A DNA stretch of 64,000 bases from contig CBDATS010000004.1 in NCBI GenBank assembly GCA_965200245.1, positions 768,001-832,000 of the forward strand, read 5' to 3'. Numbering within the stretch: the first letter of the stretch is position 1; the number at the start of each line of letters is the position of its first letter. Positions 10,892 to 19,870 of the stretch are shown here, piece after piece. This stretch comes from a bacterium. Lineage in GTDB: Bacteria; UBA8248. The notes below the pieces were generated by a model. The model did not search any database and was not told the DNA's origin. It saw only the letters and a list, made by a program, of their open reading frames with translations. The position numbers were made by a program, and so were the translations under genes.

Positions 10892-11284
10892 ATGAATCGA
10901 ATCATCATCACGGTGCGCGATGAGGTCGGCGTCATCGCGGACATCAGCAAGGTGCTGGCCGATGAGAACATCAACATCGAAGCCCTGAACACAGAGGTTG
11001 CAGGCGAGAAGGGTGTCGTCATTCTCACCACGAACGAGTCAGACCGCGCCCTGCATGTACTGATGAGCGCGGGCTTTCGGGCAGTCACCGATGAAGCGAC
11101 GGTCATCAGGCTGCGCGACGAGCCCGGTGCCCTCGCCAGGGTGGCCGAGAAATTCAAGGTCGCGGGCGTGAACATCCAGAGCATGCACATTCTGAATCGC
11201 CACGCCGGCTACGCGAACGTCGCTCTCACCACCGATGATGAAACGAAAGCAAAAGTGTTGCTGGAAGGCCAGGAGGTTCTCTGA
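10892..11284 (+). CDS. Tandem ACT-domain protein
   Basis: Two ACT repeats (DEVGVIADISKVLADENINI; DEPGALARVAEKFKVAGVNI); GAGGAGG RBS 12 bp after the decarboxylase stop region. Confidence 0.88.
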   Translation: MNRIIITVRDEVGVIADISKVLADENINIEALNTEVAGEKGVVILTTNESDRALHVLMSAGFRAVTDEATVIRLRDEPGALARVAEKFKVAGVNIQSMHILNRHAGYANVALTTDDETKAKVLLEGQEVL

Positions 11285-11620
11285 GGATTCCGGGGAGGGA
11301 ACGCCCGACTCTGCAGGGACAGGTCGCAACCATGATTTTCGAATCCGCAACAGACCTGGCTGAAGTCTACCGGCAATCGCGGAATGACGACCCAAGAGCA
11401 AAGATATGGGATTTCCACGGGAAAGTCGACAAACCATGGAAAAATACTCGACACAAACAGGGAGATATTGAAAACAAAAGCATTGACAACTTCTAGTGCA
11501 TCCCAAACGACCAGAAAGCGAACGGAGGAGGCATAAATCCATTCCTGTGGATCCGCGCCGGTTTTGCAGGGGCTGTTCGCGAACGACCCCTGCGGCCTGC
11601 TGCATCTCCCCGCAAGTCAC

Positions 11621-12490
11621 TTATCCCGCCAGTATCAGCAAGACGATTCCCGCCAGAATCACCACGCCTCCCAGCAAGGTTTCGCGGACTCGCTCGCGCT
11701 CCCTGAAGAACACATAACCTATGGCGATGGCCAGGAGAATCTCGACCTGTTTCACCGATTCCACGTAGGAAGTGAGCGTGAGACGATACGCCTCCGCCTG
11801 CGAGAGGCTCGTAATGAAGGCGAACAGCCCCAAAGACACGAAGCCTTTCCAGAGTCTGGGCGCTTTCCGGAAGTGCCCGGCGGACTTCCAGACAGTGAGC
11901 GGCAACACGACAAGCGACGCCACCGCATAGGTGGCAAACGTGCCGAAGGTGGCATCCGAGAGCACCGCCGCCTGCTTGAAGGTGATCACCGAGGGCGCAT
12001 ACAGCAACGAGGCGAGTATCGTATAGCGCATCCCCTTGTCGGTAAACAGTGTGCGGACGGGCTCGAACCAGCCGATTCGCGCGCGCGAGACGTTCAGCCC
12101 GTAGACACCCACCAAGGTGACAATGATACCAACAAGCCCCCAGGCGGAGGGCGTCTCGCCCAGCGTGACGAATGCGAGCACGACCAGCCAGATGGTCGCG
12201 AGTTTCCACAGCGAGGTCACCACCCCCATCGATCCGTAGAGGAGCGCCTTCGAGAGCGAGAGCGTGGCCGAAGTCTGCAGGAAACCGAACAGCAGACACA
12301 TCCACCAGAAGCCGGGCTTTATCTCGGGTACACCCCTCATCCACACCGCCAGGGCAGCGAAGGGGAGCAGGAACGCGAACCGCCCCAGCACGTTGATGTA
12401 TTCATCGAGTTGATGGCCTATGGATTTCATCGCCGCGTTCCTGAGCACCTGCGCAAGAGCCGCTATAACGGCGAGCGTCACCCAGTCCAT
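11621..12490 (-). CDS. EamA/DMT family transporter
   Basis: About ten hydrophobic segments in two repeats, LGE and FRER motifs; start at ATG 12490 with GGAG RBS. Confidence 0.85.
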   Translation of the reverse strand: MDWVTLAVIAALAQVLRNAAMKSIGHQLDEYINVLGRFAFLLPFAALAVWMRGVPEIKPGFWWMCLLFGFLQTSATLSLSKALLYGSMGVVTSLWKLATIWLVVLAFVTLGETPSAWGLVGIIVTLVGVYGLNVSRARIGWFEPVRTLFTDKGMRYTILASLLYAPSVITFKQAAVLSDATFGTFATYAVASLVVLPLTVWKSAGHFRKAPRLWKGFVSLGLFAFITSLSQAEAYRLTLTSYVESVKQVEILLAIAIGYVFFRERERVRETLLGGVVILAGIVLLILAG

Positions 12491-12694
12491 GTCCTGCTCC
12501 TCCAGCGTGCGAAAAGCCAGGGCCATTTCTACGCGCACTTCCCAGGCAAGTCCAACGACGACAGGGTTTCACCGGGTTTTCGCGCAAAGGTCCCACCCGA
12601 AGCGTCGTCCGAAACTCCTCCCCCGTCTGACACGGCGGTGTGCGGTATGCTAGTCTGGTGTTGGTAATTCTATCCCCGGGCAGGAGACTGGCGC

Positions 12695-13723
12695 ATGATT
12701 CGCGACGATGTATTCGTCTTCGACAACGTGGTGCACATGTATGACTACTCGGACGAGAACCTCGTCTCCGGGAAAAGCGAATACGATCGCAACTATCACG
12801 TGAGCAAGGTGCTTCGCAGGAGGCGAACCGCGCCGACGGACATCTACGCCGGCTGGGATCCGGTGGAGGGCTTCAAGCGTCGCTGGAACGTGGAGGACAT
12901 GGGACGCCTCGTCTTTGAGGATTCCGGCACCGATATGGCGATGGCCCAGGCCGTGCCCCTGTTCGATCTGTACAAGGACGGCTTTGCGCCCGTGAAGGCG
13001 CAGTACGCCTTCACGCAGGCCTTCCCCGAACGCTGCCTGTTCTGCGGAGCCGTGGACCCCATGTACCCGAGCGTAGCCGCAGCCTGCGAGGAGATGGAAC
13101 GCCAGGTGAAGGAATGGGGGGCGAAATCCATCAAAATCTACAATGCCCACGTGGACGGAAAATCCTGGGCGTGCGACGACCCTGAAATCGCATACCCCCT
13201 TTACGAGAAAGGGCGAGAACTCGGTATCGAGGTGTTCCAGTTCCACAAGGGGAATCCTATCACGAGGGCGAAACTGCGCGACCTGTCCCCGCTCGACATT
13301 GAGGGCGCGGCGCTTGATTTTCCCGATCTGCTCTTCGGCGTTCACCATCTGGCGGTACCCTACTTCGAGGAAGTCGTCTGGATGGCAAATCGTTATGAAA
13401 ACGTCTTTCTCGTGCTCTCGGGCATCGGCCACACACCCATGGTCGCGCCCAGAACCTTCACAGAATGGATGGGCAGGTTGCTGCGCGACGTGGGTTCCGA
13501 AAGAATCCTCTGGGGTTCCGAAATGGCGCTTCTCGGGAACGCGAGGCCCGTCCTCGAGTGGATATGGGAGATGGAAATCCCTGAATCCATGCAGGACGAC
13601 TACGGCTACCCGCAAATCACCGAGTTGGACAAGCGCAACATCCTGGGACTTAACCAGGCGCGCATTTTCGGCGTGGATGTGGAGGCCAAGAAACAGGAAC
13701 TCTGGAACGGAGGCGCGCGATGA
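12695..13723 (+). CDS. Amidohydrolase_2-family TIM-barrel metalloprotein with atypical metal motif
   Basis: DNVVH, QFHKG, VHHL, ILWGSE and KRNILGLNQARIFG pattern; AGGAG RBS. Confidence 0.85.
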   Translation: MIRDDVFVFDNVVHMYDYSDENLVSGKSEYDRNYHVSKVLRRRRTAPTDIYAGWDPVEGFKRRWNVEDMGRLVFEDSGTDMAMAQAVPLFDLYKDGFAPVKAQYAFTQAFPERCLFCGAVDPMYPSVAAACEEMERQVKEWGAKSIKIYNAHVDGKSWACDDPEIAYPLYEKGRELGIEVFQFHKGNPITRAKLRDLSPLDIEGAALDFPDLLFGVHHLAVPYFEEVVWMANRYENVFLVLSGIGHTPMVAPRTFTEWMGRLLRDVGSERILWGSEMALLGNARPVLEWIWEMEIPESMQDDYGYPQITELDKRNILGLNQARIFGVDVEAKKQELWNGGAR

Positions 13724-14058
13724 ACGAGTACGAAGCCCTCGTCACCGATGTCCAAGACATCATCGAGACGCAGATTCACCCGCTGCTCAAGATTCACGGC
13801 GGCGGTATCACGCTCAAGGGCGTGAGCGAGAAGGGCGAGGTCGCGCTTCGCTTCGAGGGTGCGTGCCGGGGCTGCATGCTGAAGAGCGTCACCTACGCCC
13901 TGGGCGTACGTCAAAAGCTCATGCAGCACCCGGGCGTCACGGATGTCTCTGTCGAGGGTGTGCGCCTTTCGGATCACGCCATCAAACGGGTGGAGAAATT
14001 CTACTCCGGCTATTCGTTTTGGGTGGGGGATCCGCTCAAAGACCAGTCATCGTCTTGA
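13720..14058 (+). CDS. NifU/NfuA C-terminal domain protein (Fe-S carrier)
   Basis: IHPLLKIHGGGI...FEGACRGC (CxxC); ATGA overlap with upstream gene. Confidence 0.85.
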   Translation: MNEYEALVTDVQDIIETQIHPLLKIHGGGITLKGVSEKGEVALRFEGACRGCMLKSVTYALGVRQKLMQHPGVTDVSVEGVRLSDHAIKRVEKFYSGYSFWVGDPLKDQSSS

Positions 14059-15365
14059 TCGCCTCGCGCTACCAGACACGAAAAGAACTGCGCCTGTGGT
14101 ACGGATGGGTGATCCTCCTCGCCGTCTTCATCATCATGGCGGTGACCATCGGCATCCGAAACTCCATCGGTGTCTTCTTCAAGGACATCTCCGGCGAATT
14201 CGGCTGGAACCGTGCGCAGACAGCCGCTGCCTTCACGATGGGCATGCTCGGCCAGGCGGTGGTTGCCCCCTTCGCGGGCTGGGTGCTCGAGCGCTTCAAC
14301 ATGCGCTGGGTTATCGGGGCGGGCATTTTCATGAACGGAACGGTGCTCATATTCGGAGCCTGTATCGGCGCGCTATGGCATTTTTACGCCATGTATTTTC
14401 TCCTCTCCGTGGGTTTCGCCTTCACGGCCAATCTGCCGCAGGTACAACTGCTCTCGAACTGGTTCGTCCTGAAACGGGGATTGGCGATGGGCTTCTCGCA
14501 CGCCGCCCAGGGCTTTGCACCCATTCTCAACATCTTTACCCCCCTGCTCATCGCGAGCCTCGGCTGGCGGGGGAGCTATCTCGCGCTGGCGGGACTGACG
14601 CTGCTGATCGTGCTGCCGTTCGCCCTGTTACTGCTGCGCGACCACCCCAGAGAGAAGCGCAGCGCACCCGACGCGCCCTTTCTGACGCCCGAGGAGTTCT
14701 CGCGTGCCCGCGTCAGGGCCGCCGTCATCGTTCCTGCAGGCAGAGAAAGGGAAACCACCTCCCTCTCTTTTTTCTTCACCCGCAGGTTCATGCTGATCGG
14801 AGGCATTTACGGCAGCATCGCGTATACCTTCACCGCTGTTCTGGTGCACCTGGTTCCCCATGCGACGGATCAGGGTTTTTCCCTTTCGGGGGGTGCAGCG
14901 CTCTTCGCCCTCTATGGAGCGTCCCTCGCCGCGGGAAACGCGTTGAGTGCGATTTCGGATCGCATCGGAAGGCTCCCCACCTACATGGTGGGCGTGATAT
15001 GCGGTGTGGCATCCTGTTATCTTCTCGCCTCCTTCACGCGCGAATCGCCCGAGTGGCACATATATGCGAGCACCATGGGAGTGGGTTTCGCTCTCGGTTT
15101 CGTCCGGCCTACGGCGTCCTCCCTCCTGGCCGATCATTTCGCGGGACCGGGCTTCGGCCTAGTGAACGGATGCGCGATGATGGTCTTCTCCCTGGTGGGT
15201 GCCCTAGGTCCCTGGGTAACGGGAATGCTCTTCGACGCGAGCGGGAACTATTTAACAGGTTTTCTCCTGGTGGGCGGCATGTTTGTCGCGGGCGCGATTT
15301 TCGTCCTGAACCTCTCGCGCATACCGCGCGAAGCGCGTAGCCAAGGCGCTGAAAACCATGCATAG
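14055..15365 (+). CDS. MFS transporter
   Basis: WYGW N-terminus, about 12 hydrophobic segments, SNWFVLKRGLAMG and SDRIGR motifs; probable TTG start overlapping the NifU stop (TTGA). Confidence 0.88.
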   Translation: MIASRYQTRKELRLWYGWVILLAVFIIMAVTIGIRNSIGVFFKDISGEFGWNRAQTAAAFTMGMLGQAVVAPFAGWVLERFNMRWVIGAGIFMNGTVLIFGACIGALWHFYAMYFLLSVGFAFTANLPQVQLLSNWFVLKRGLAMGFSHAAQGFAPILNIFTPLLIASLGWRGSYLALAGLTLLIVLPFALLLLRDHPREKRSAPDAPFLTPEEFSRARVRAAVIVPAGRERETTSLSFFFTRRFMLIGGIYGSIAYTFTAVLVHLVPHATDQGFSLSGGAALFALYGASLAAGNALSAISDRIGRLPTYMVGVICGVASCYLLASFTRESPEWHIYASTMGVGFALGFVRPTASSLLADHFAGPGFGLVNGCAMMVFSLVGALGPWVTGMLFDASGNYLTGFLLVGGMFVAGAIFVLNLSRIPREARSQGAENHA

Positions 15366-16617
15366 CGAATCGCGCTTCTGGTACGGCTGGGTGGTGCTGG
15401 CCGTAGTCTATCTCGTCATGATCTCGCTCATCGCCTTTCGCGCCACAATAGGACCCTTCTTCAAGGAAATCTCGGGCGAACTCGGCTGGAGCCGGGGGGC
15501 GACGGCGGCCGCCTTTTCCATCGGGATGCTGGCCCAGGCGGTCATCTCGCCGCTTGCGGGCATTCTCTCCGACCGCTGGAGCATCCGGGCAACGATGTCG
15601 GCGGGCGTCGTGGTGTTCGGCCTCTCCTTGCTTATCGGGAGCCAAATCACATCGCTTTGGCACTTTTACCTGATGTACATCGGCCTTTGTGCGGGTTTCG
15701 CCGCGGGCACGTGGGTCGCCCAGGTGCCCACGCTCTCGAACTGGTTCGTGAAAAAGAGAGGCCTCGCCTTGGGAATCGCCAACACCTGCCAAGGAGGCGC
15801 ATTCTGCCTGAACATCGCTACACCGTACCTCATCGCGGCCCTGGGATGGCGAATGAGCTACCTCGCGCTGGCGGGCGTGGTCCTGCTCTTCGTGCTGCCC
15901 ATCTGCATCGTCTTTCACAGGGACCATCCATCGGACAAGGACACCATCGCCGATGCGCCCTTCGTCCATCACACGCTGGATGAACAACCTCCGGAACCCC
16001 CGCCTACATCATCCGGCACTCCGCAAGTCCCCCTGTTCAACCTGTCGTTTTTCTTTTTCCTGGGTTCTTTCCTGCCTATGGCCTACGCCTTCGCGGGCAT
16101 GCTCGTTCATCTGGTGCCCCACGCCACCGACCAGGGCTTCTCGCTCGAAACCGCGAGTGTCATTTTCGCCATATGGGGGTTCTGCCAAGTGGGAGCGAAC
16201 CTCATAAGCCCGGTCTCGGACAGGCTCGGCAGGACGCCGACGTTCCTGATCGGCGTGGCGCTCGGAATCGCCTCCGCTCTGATTCTCGCCACCTACGAGA
16301 AGGGCGACCCCCAGATGCGCTTCTACCTGGGCGCGATAACCAATGGCGCTGCCCTGGGACTCATGCGGCCAACCGGATCAGCCATCCTGGCAGATTACTT
16401 CGAGGGTCCGGGCTTCGGGCGCGTGAATGGGGTGGCGATGATGGCGTTCGCCCTTTGGGGTTCGGCAGGGCCATGGACCACGGGCTTTCTCTTCGACATG
16501 CACGGCTCCTACCTTTGGGGCCTGTCGGCCTTCGCGTTCATGTTCTTCCTCTCCGGCGTCTTCGTCCTGTTGCTCGGCTGGACGAAAAGAGATAGGAGAG
16601 AGATGTCATCCACCTGA
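15358..16617 (+). CDS. MFS transporter (paralog of upstream MFS)
   Basis: WYGW, SNWFVKKRGLALG, VHLVPHATDQGFSL, SDRLGR; overlaps upstream gene by 8 bp. Confidence 0.9.
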   Translation: MHSESRFWYGWVVLAVVYLVMISLIAFRATIGPFFKEISGELGWSRGATAAAFSIGMLAQAVISPLAGILSDRWSIRATMSAGVVVFGLSLLIGSQITSLWHFYLMYIGLCAGFAAGTWVAQVPTLSNWFVKKRGLALGIANTCQGGAFCLNIATPYLIAALGWRMSYLALAGVVLLFVLPICIVFHRDHPSDKDTIADAPFVHHTLDEQPPEPPPTSSGTPQVPLFNLSFFFFLGSFLPMAYAFAGMLVHLVPHATDQGFSLETASVIFAIWGFCQVGANLISPVSDRLGRTPTFLIGVALGIASALILATYEKGDPQMRFYLGAITNGAALGLMRPTGSAILADYFEGPGFGRVNGVAMMAFALWGSAGPWTTGFLFDMHGSYLWGLSAFAFMFFLSGVFVLLLGWTKRDRREMSST

Positions 16618-16646
16618 AATACAGAAACACGAATTCAGGAGTGAAC

Positions 16647-17567
16647 ATGCCGGTCGAAAAAGTCGATGGATTCTACTTTCACCCCACTTCGCGCGAGCGC
16701 GTCCTGGCGCAGCGCCATGCCAATCCGGCCAGGACGCCGTGGATGCCGATGGAAAAACCACTCGCAGAGTGCAAGGTCACCCTGGTGTCCACTGCCGGTA
16801 TCTTCATGAAGGGCGACGAGTCGTTCGACTACGAGAGAGAACGCCGTGAGGGCACATGGGGAGATCCTACCCACCGGGAAATTCCCAGGACGGCGGGCCA
16901 GGACGATGTACAGTATTCGCACCTGCACGTCGACACCTCGTTCATGGCCGAGGACAGGAACGTATCCTGGCCGGTCGACGTTTTCCTCGAGTTCGAGAGA
17001 GGGGGAAAAATCGGTGCACTCGCCGAAATGCTCTATTCCATCATGGGCTACATCCCGAATTTCAATCCCCTGGTGAAGCACACCGCGCCCTTGATGATCG
17101 AGAAGATGAGAGAAGAGGGTGTGGACGCGGCTTTTCTCTATCCGGTCTGACCTCTGTGCAACCGGTCCGGCGGACTGCTTCAGCGCGAAATCGAAAAGGC
17201 GGGAATCGCCACTGTCATCATCTCCAACGTGCCCGAAACCACCGAACGCGTCTGTGTCCCCAGGGCCGTTTTCGTCCAGTATCCCTTCGGGCGGCTGTTG
17301 GGCGTCGTGGGCGATTACGCAGGCCAGCGCAGGATTTGCGAGGACATGGCCGCGCTGCTCGAAGAAGCGGACGCACCCAACACCTACCGACATCTGCCGT
17401 ATGAGTGGCCCGAATCGCCAGAGACCACCAAATGGCGTCCGGACGTCCCCCCGCCCATCTTCGCCATCCGCCAGGCCAAGGAAGGCGGGTACGAACTGAT
17501 GGATGACTTCAGGGACGAAGAACGCGCCGCGTATTCCGATTCGGGAAGCCAGGCGAGCGCATGCTGA
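16647..17567 (+). CDS. Selenoprotein of the glycine/sarcosine/betaine/proline reductase selenoprotein B (GrdB/PrdB-like) family; Sec at TGA 17148-17150
   Basis: ORFs 16641..17150 and 17229..17567 share a frame; read-through gives VDAAFLYPV-U-PLCNRSGGLLQREIEKAGIATV (UxxC); family motifs KPLAECKVTLVSTAG, GDPTHREIP, MGYIP, VPRA..PFGR; AGGAG RBS before ATG 16647. Confidence 0.88.
17160..17180 (+). promoter_or_regulatory. Putative bacterial SECIS hairpin
   Basis: AAC-CGGTC-[CGGCG]-GACTG-CTT stem-loop starting 10 nt after the in-frame UGA, with G in the apical loop. Confidence 0.65.
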
Positions 17568-17589
17568 CTTCTGCGCACCGCCTGCAAGA

Positions 17590-18999
17590 CTACGCCTTCT
17601 CCAACCTAGCGAAATCGAGGTAAAACCGTCCGTCCACCTCAGATCGCAACAGCGTCTGCGTGAAATCTTTCGATTCTATCCGGTAGATCCGCTCTTCACC
17701 TCTTCCTTTCGAGACGTTCGTGAGTGTCTCTCCATCAAGGCCGCCGGGCACTCTCTTCCCCGTCAGGGAGAGTATGGTGGGGGCCAGGTCTGTATTTCCC
17801 GTCGGTGCGTCTACCCGCGCGCCCGCCTGAAATTCGGGGCCTTTCGCAATCAGGAAATTGCGAAGTTCATAGGGACTGCAAGAACCGTGCGTTCCGCCGC
17901 ATCCCTTGTTGTTGACAGAGGAATATCCCCAACCGGGGAGCGCACCCTCACGGTTCCCGTCCTCCGGGAAACCATCGCCCCACTGAAAGCCCATAAGCAA
18001 ATCGGGCGCGCGAGGTCCGCCACAGCCGACCAGGCCCAGGGGCATCACGCCCGGCAAGGCTCCCCGGGCGCCTTCTCCATCTTTCGAGAACAATGGCCCC
18101 GCCCATTCTTTCGTCCGTAGAAACGCAGCGATCTCCAGAAGCGCTTTTTCCGATTTGGCATAGAAAAGGGCGGCCCCCTCGCTGTGCGCCGCCTGCCAGA
18201 TATTCCCTCGGCCGGAGATGTCCGCCAGTTCCGCATCCAGGTCGATCATACTTGTCGTCGCAACGACCCCATGATCCGAGAACAGGAGAAGGTTTGTTTC
18301 TGACCAATCGTCTCGCTGCGCCTGAAACTTCTCCCAGAACGCGCCGAACAGACTATCCACTCCATGAAGTGCCTGGTGATGCACGGTACCCGCGGTGCCC
18401 CGGTGATGCTGCGTGCTGTCCGGCTCGCTCAGATGAATGACGAGCACCGCGGGTTCCAGTTCGGGAACCACGTAATCGAGCGCCAGGTCGAGCGCCCATG
18501 CGCAGCGCGGAAGGTCCGGTTCGGCACCGGAGGGGACTGTTCCGGCCTCCTCTATCGTGTCCCGCCCCTCGGCGGGATACGCCGCAACGGGATGAATCAA
18601 GTGCGCGGCGTGACCTGCGTTCCAGAGCCACGCGGAACCACTCGACGCGGTGCTGATGATCACGCCGCCGCCCACGCGCTCGAAAAAGGTATCCCGCAAC
18701 AGCAGGCGCCCGCCCATGGCGCGCTCCCAGGCGAGGAGGTTCTCGTGCCGACCCGTCGTGATGGTTCGGCCCAACTCGCGCGAGAAGAGCGAATTGCCCG
18801 GAAGACCATGCTTTTCAGGGTAGACGCCTGTGGCAAGGCTTGAGACGCAAACTCTCGTAGAGGTGGGAAACGTGCTGCGGTGATTCTGAAACCATGTGCC
18901 GCGCTCCGCCACCGCCATCAGGTTCGGCGCGCTCTGTTCGCTCAGGGCATCGGCGCGCAGGCCATCGAACTGAATCGCTATCACACGAGGCGAGGCCAT
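17590..18999 (-). CDS. Alkaline phosphatase superfamily / nucleotide pyrophosphatase-phosphodiesterase
   Basis: FDGLR, FPTST (Thr nucleophile), EPDSTQH, SDHG, GTHGS motifs. Confidence 0.88.
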   Translation of the reverse strand: MASPRVIAIQFDGLRADALSEQSAPNLMAVAERGTWFQNHRSTFPTSTRVCVSSLATGVYPEKHGLPGNSLFSRELGRTITTGRHENLLAWERAMGGRLLLRDTFFERVGGGVIISTASSGSAWLWNAGHAAHLIHPVAAYPAEGRDTIEEAGTVPSGAEPDLPRCAWALDLALDYVVPELEPAVLVIHLSEPDSTQHHRGTAGTVHHQALHGVDSLFGAFWEKFQAQRDDWSETNLLLFSDHGVVATTSMIDLDAELADISGRGNIWQAAHSEGAALFYAKSEKALLEIAAFLRTKEWAGPLFSKDGEGARGALPGVMPLGLVGCGGPRAPDLLMGFQWGDGFPEDGNREGALPGWGYSSVNNKGCGGTHGSCSPYELRNFLIAKGPEFQAGARVDAPTGNTDLAPTILSLTGKRVPGGLDGETLTNVSKGRGEERIYRIESKDFTQTLLRSEVDGRFYLDFARLEKA

Positions 19000-19072
19000 C
19001 CGCTTTCCATCCCGAAAAAAAGCGGCGGGGGTTTGTTTCTGCCCCCGCCGCAATCAAATGAACGGTCTGTCG

Positions 19073-19849
19073 TCAGCTGGCCTGTTCCGAGGCCTGCATG
19101 GCTTCTTCGAGTTGCCCGGGCGTCAGGGGGTCGCCCACGCCGATCATCGAATCGCGCGTCACGAGCTGGAAGAGTTGCGCCTCGGTCCAGTCTTCGGTTC
19201 CCGCCGGACGCTGGGGGATGATGAGATAGCGGCAATCTGCGTTCGAGTCGATGACGATGAGTTCTACGTCATCGGGCGCATCGAAGCCCATGTCCTTCAA
19301 GGTTCCCCTCGGGTCCGTCACCGCCTTCGAACGATAGGGGAAACTCTTGTACCAAGTGGGAGGCTGTCCGAGGATTTGTCTCGGGTAGCACGAACAGAGC
19401 GTGCACACCACCATGTAGCGGGTCGTATCGGTATTCTCAAGCGCCACCACGCGGTTGATGCCCGTGGTGTCGATCCCCATCTCGGCGCACGCGGCATCTG
19501 CGTCCGCCAGGAGCCTTTCCTTGAAACCCTCGTCCACCCATGCGCGCGCGATTATGCGCGAACCGATAGCAGGGCTCTGGCCGTAGATCTCCTCCACCGC
19601 GCGCCGCATCTCGTCCGTCGTAAGAATGCCCTTCTCGCGAAGGACGTTCATGAGAGCCATCATGCGCACCTGATAGTAGTCCAGATCATGCTCGACCTGG
19701 GTCACGGCACCTTCGCGGTAGGCGTCATCCGACTGCATCCGCGCGTTGTGCGCCGAAGGGTCCTGGCTGTAGGTGTGGGAATGGTCGCCGTGGTGGGTAT
19801 GTCCATTGTGATGATCGTGTGAGTGCGCCATGGTGTGCTCCTCGCTCAC
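19073..19849 (-). CDS. Co-type nitrile hydratase alpha / thiocyanate hydrolase gamma-like subunit
   Basis: VVCTLCSCYPR metal motif (19388-19405), ARAWVD, VTRDSMIGV; His-rich N-terminus. Confidence 0.9.
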   Translation of the reverse strand: MSEEHTMAHSHDHHNGHTHHGDHSHTYSQDPSAHNARMQSDDAYREGAVTQVEHDLDYYQVRMMALMNVLREKGILTTDEMRRAVEEIYGQSPAIGSRIIARAWVDEGFKERLLADADAACAEMGIDTTGINRVVALENTDTTRYMVVCTLCSCYPRQILGQPPTWYKSFPYRSKAVTDPRGTLKDMGFDAPDDVELIVIDSNADCRYLIIPQRPAGTEDWTEAQLFQLVTRDSMIGVGDPLTPGQLEEAMQASEQAS

Positions 19850-19870
19850 GGGAGAGCCGGCGGGTTCGGC

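Noticed and set aside
13143-14054. 740-aa ORF suggesting a large N-terminal extension on the first MFS
   Set aside because: The extension overlaps the amidohydrolase and NifU genes in another frame and is low-complexity; the real start is near TTG 14055.
17565-17609. Possible second Sec at the C-terminal Cys-TGA of the GrdB-like gene
   Set aside because: Only a weak hairpin follows, and read-through would add a short non-conserved-looking tail overlapping the convergent gene.
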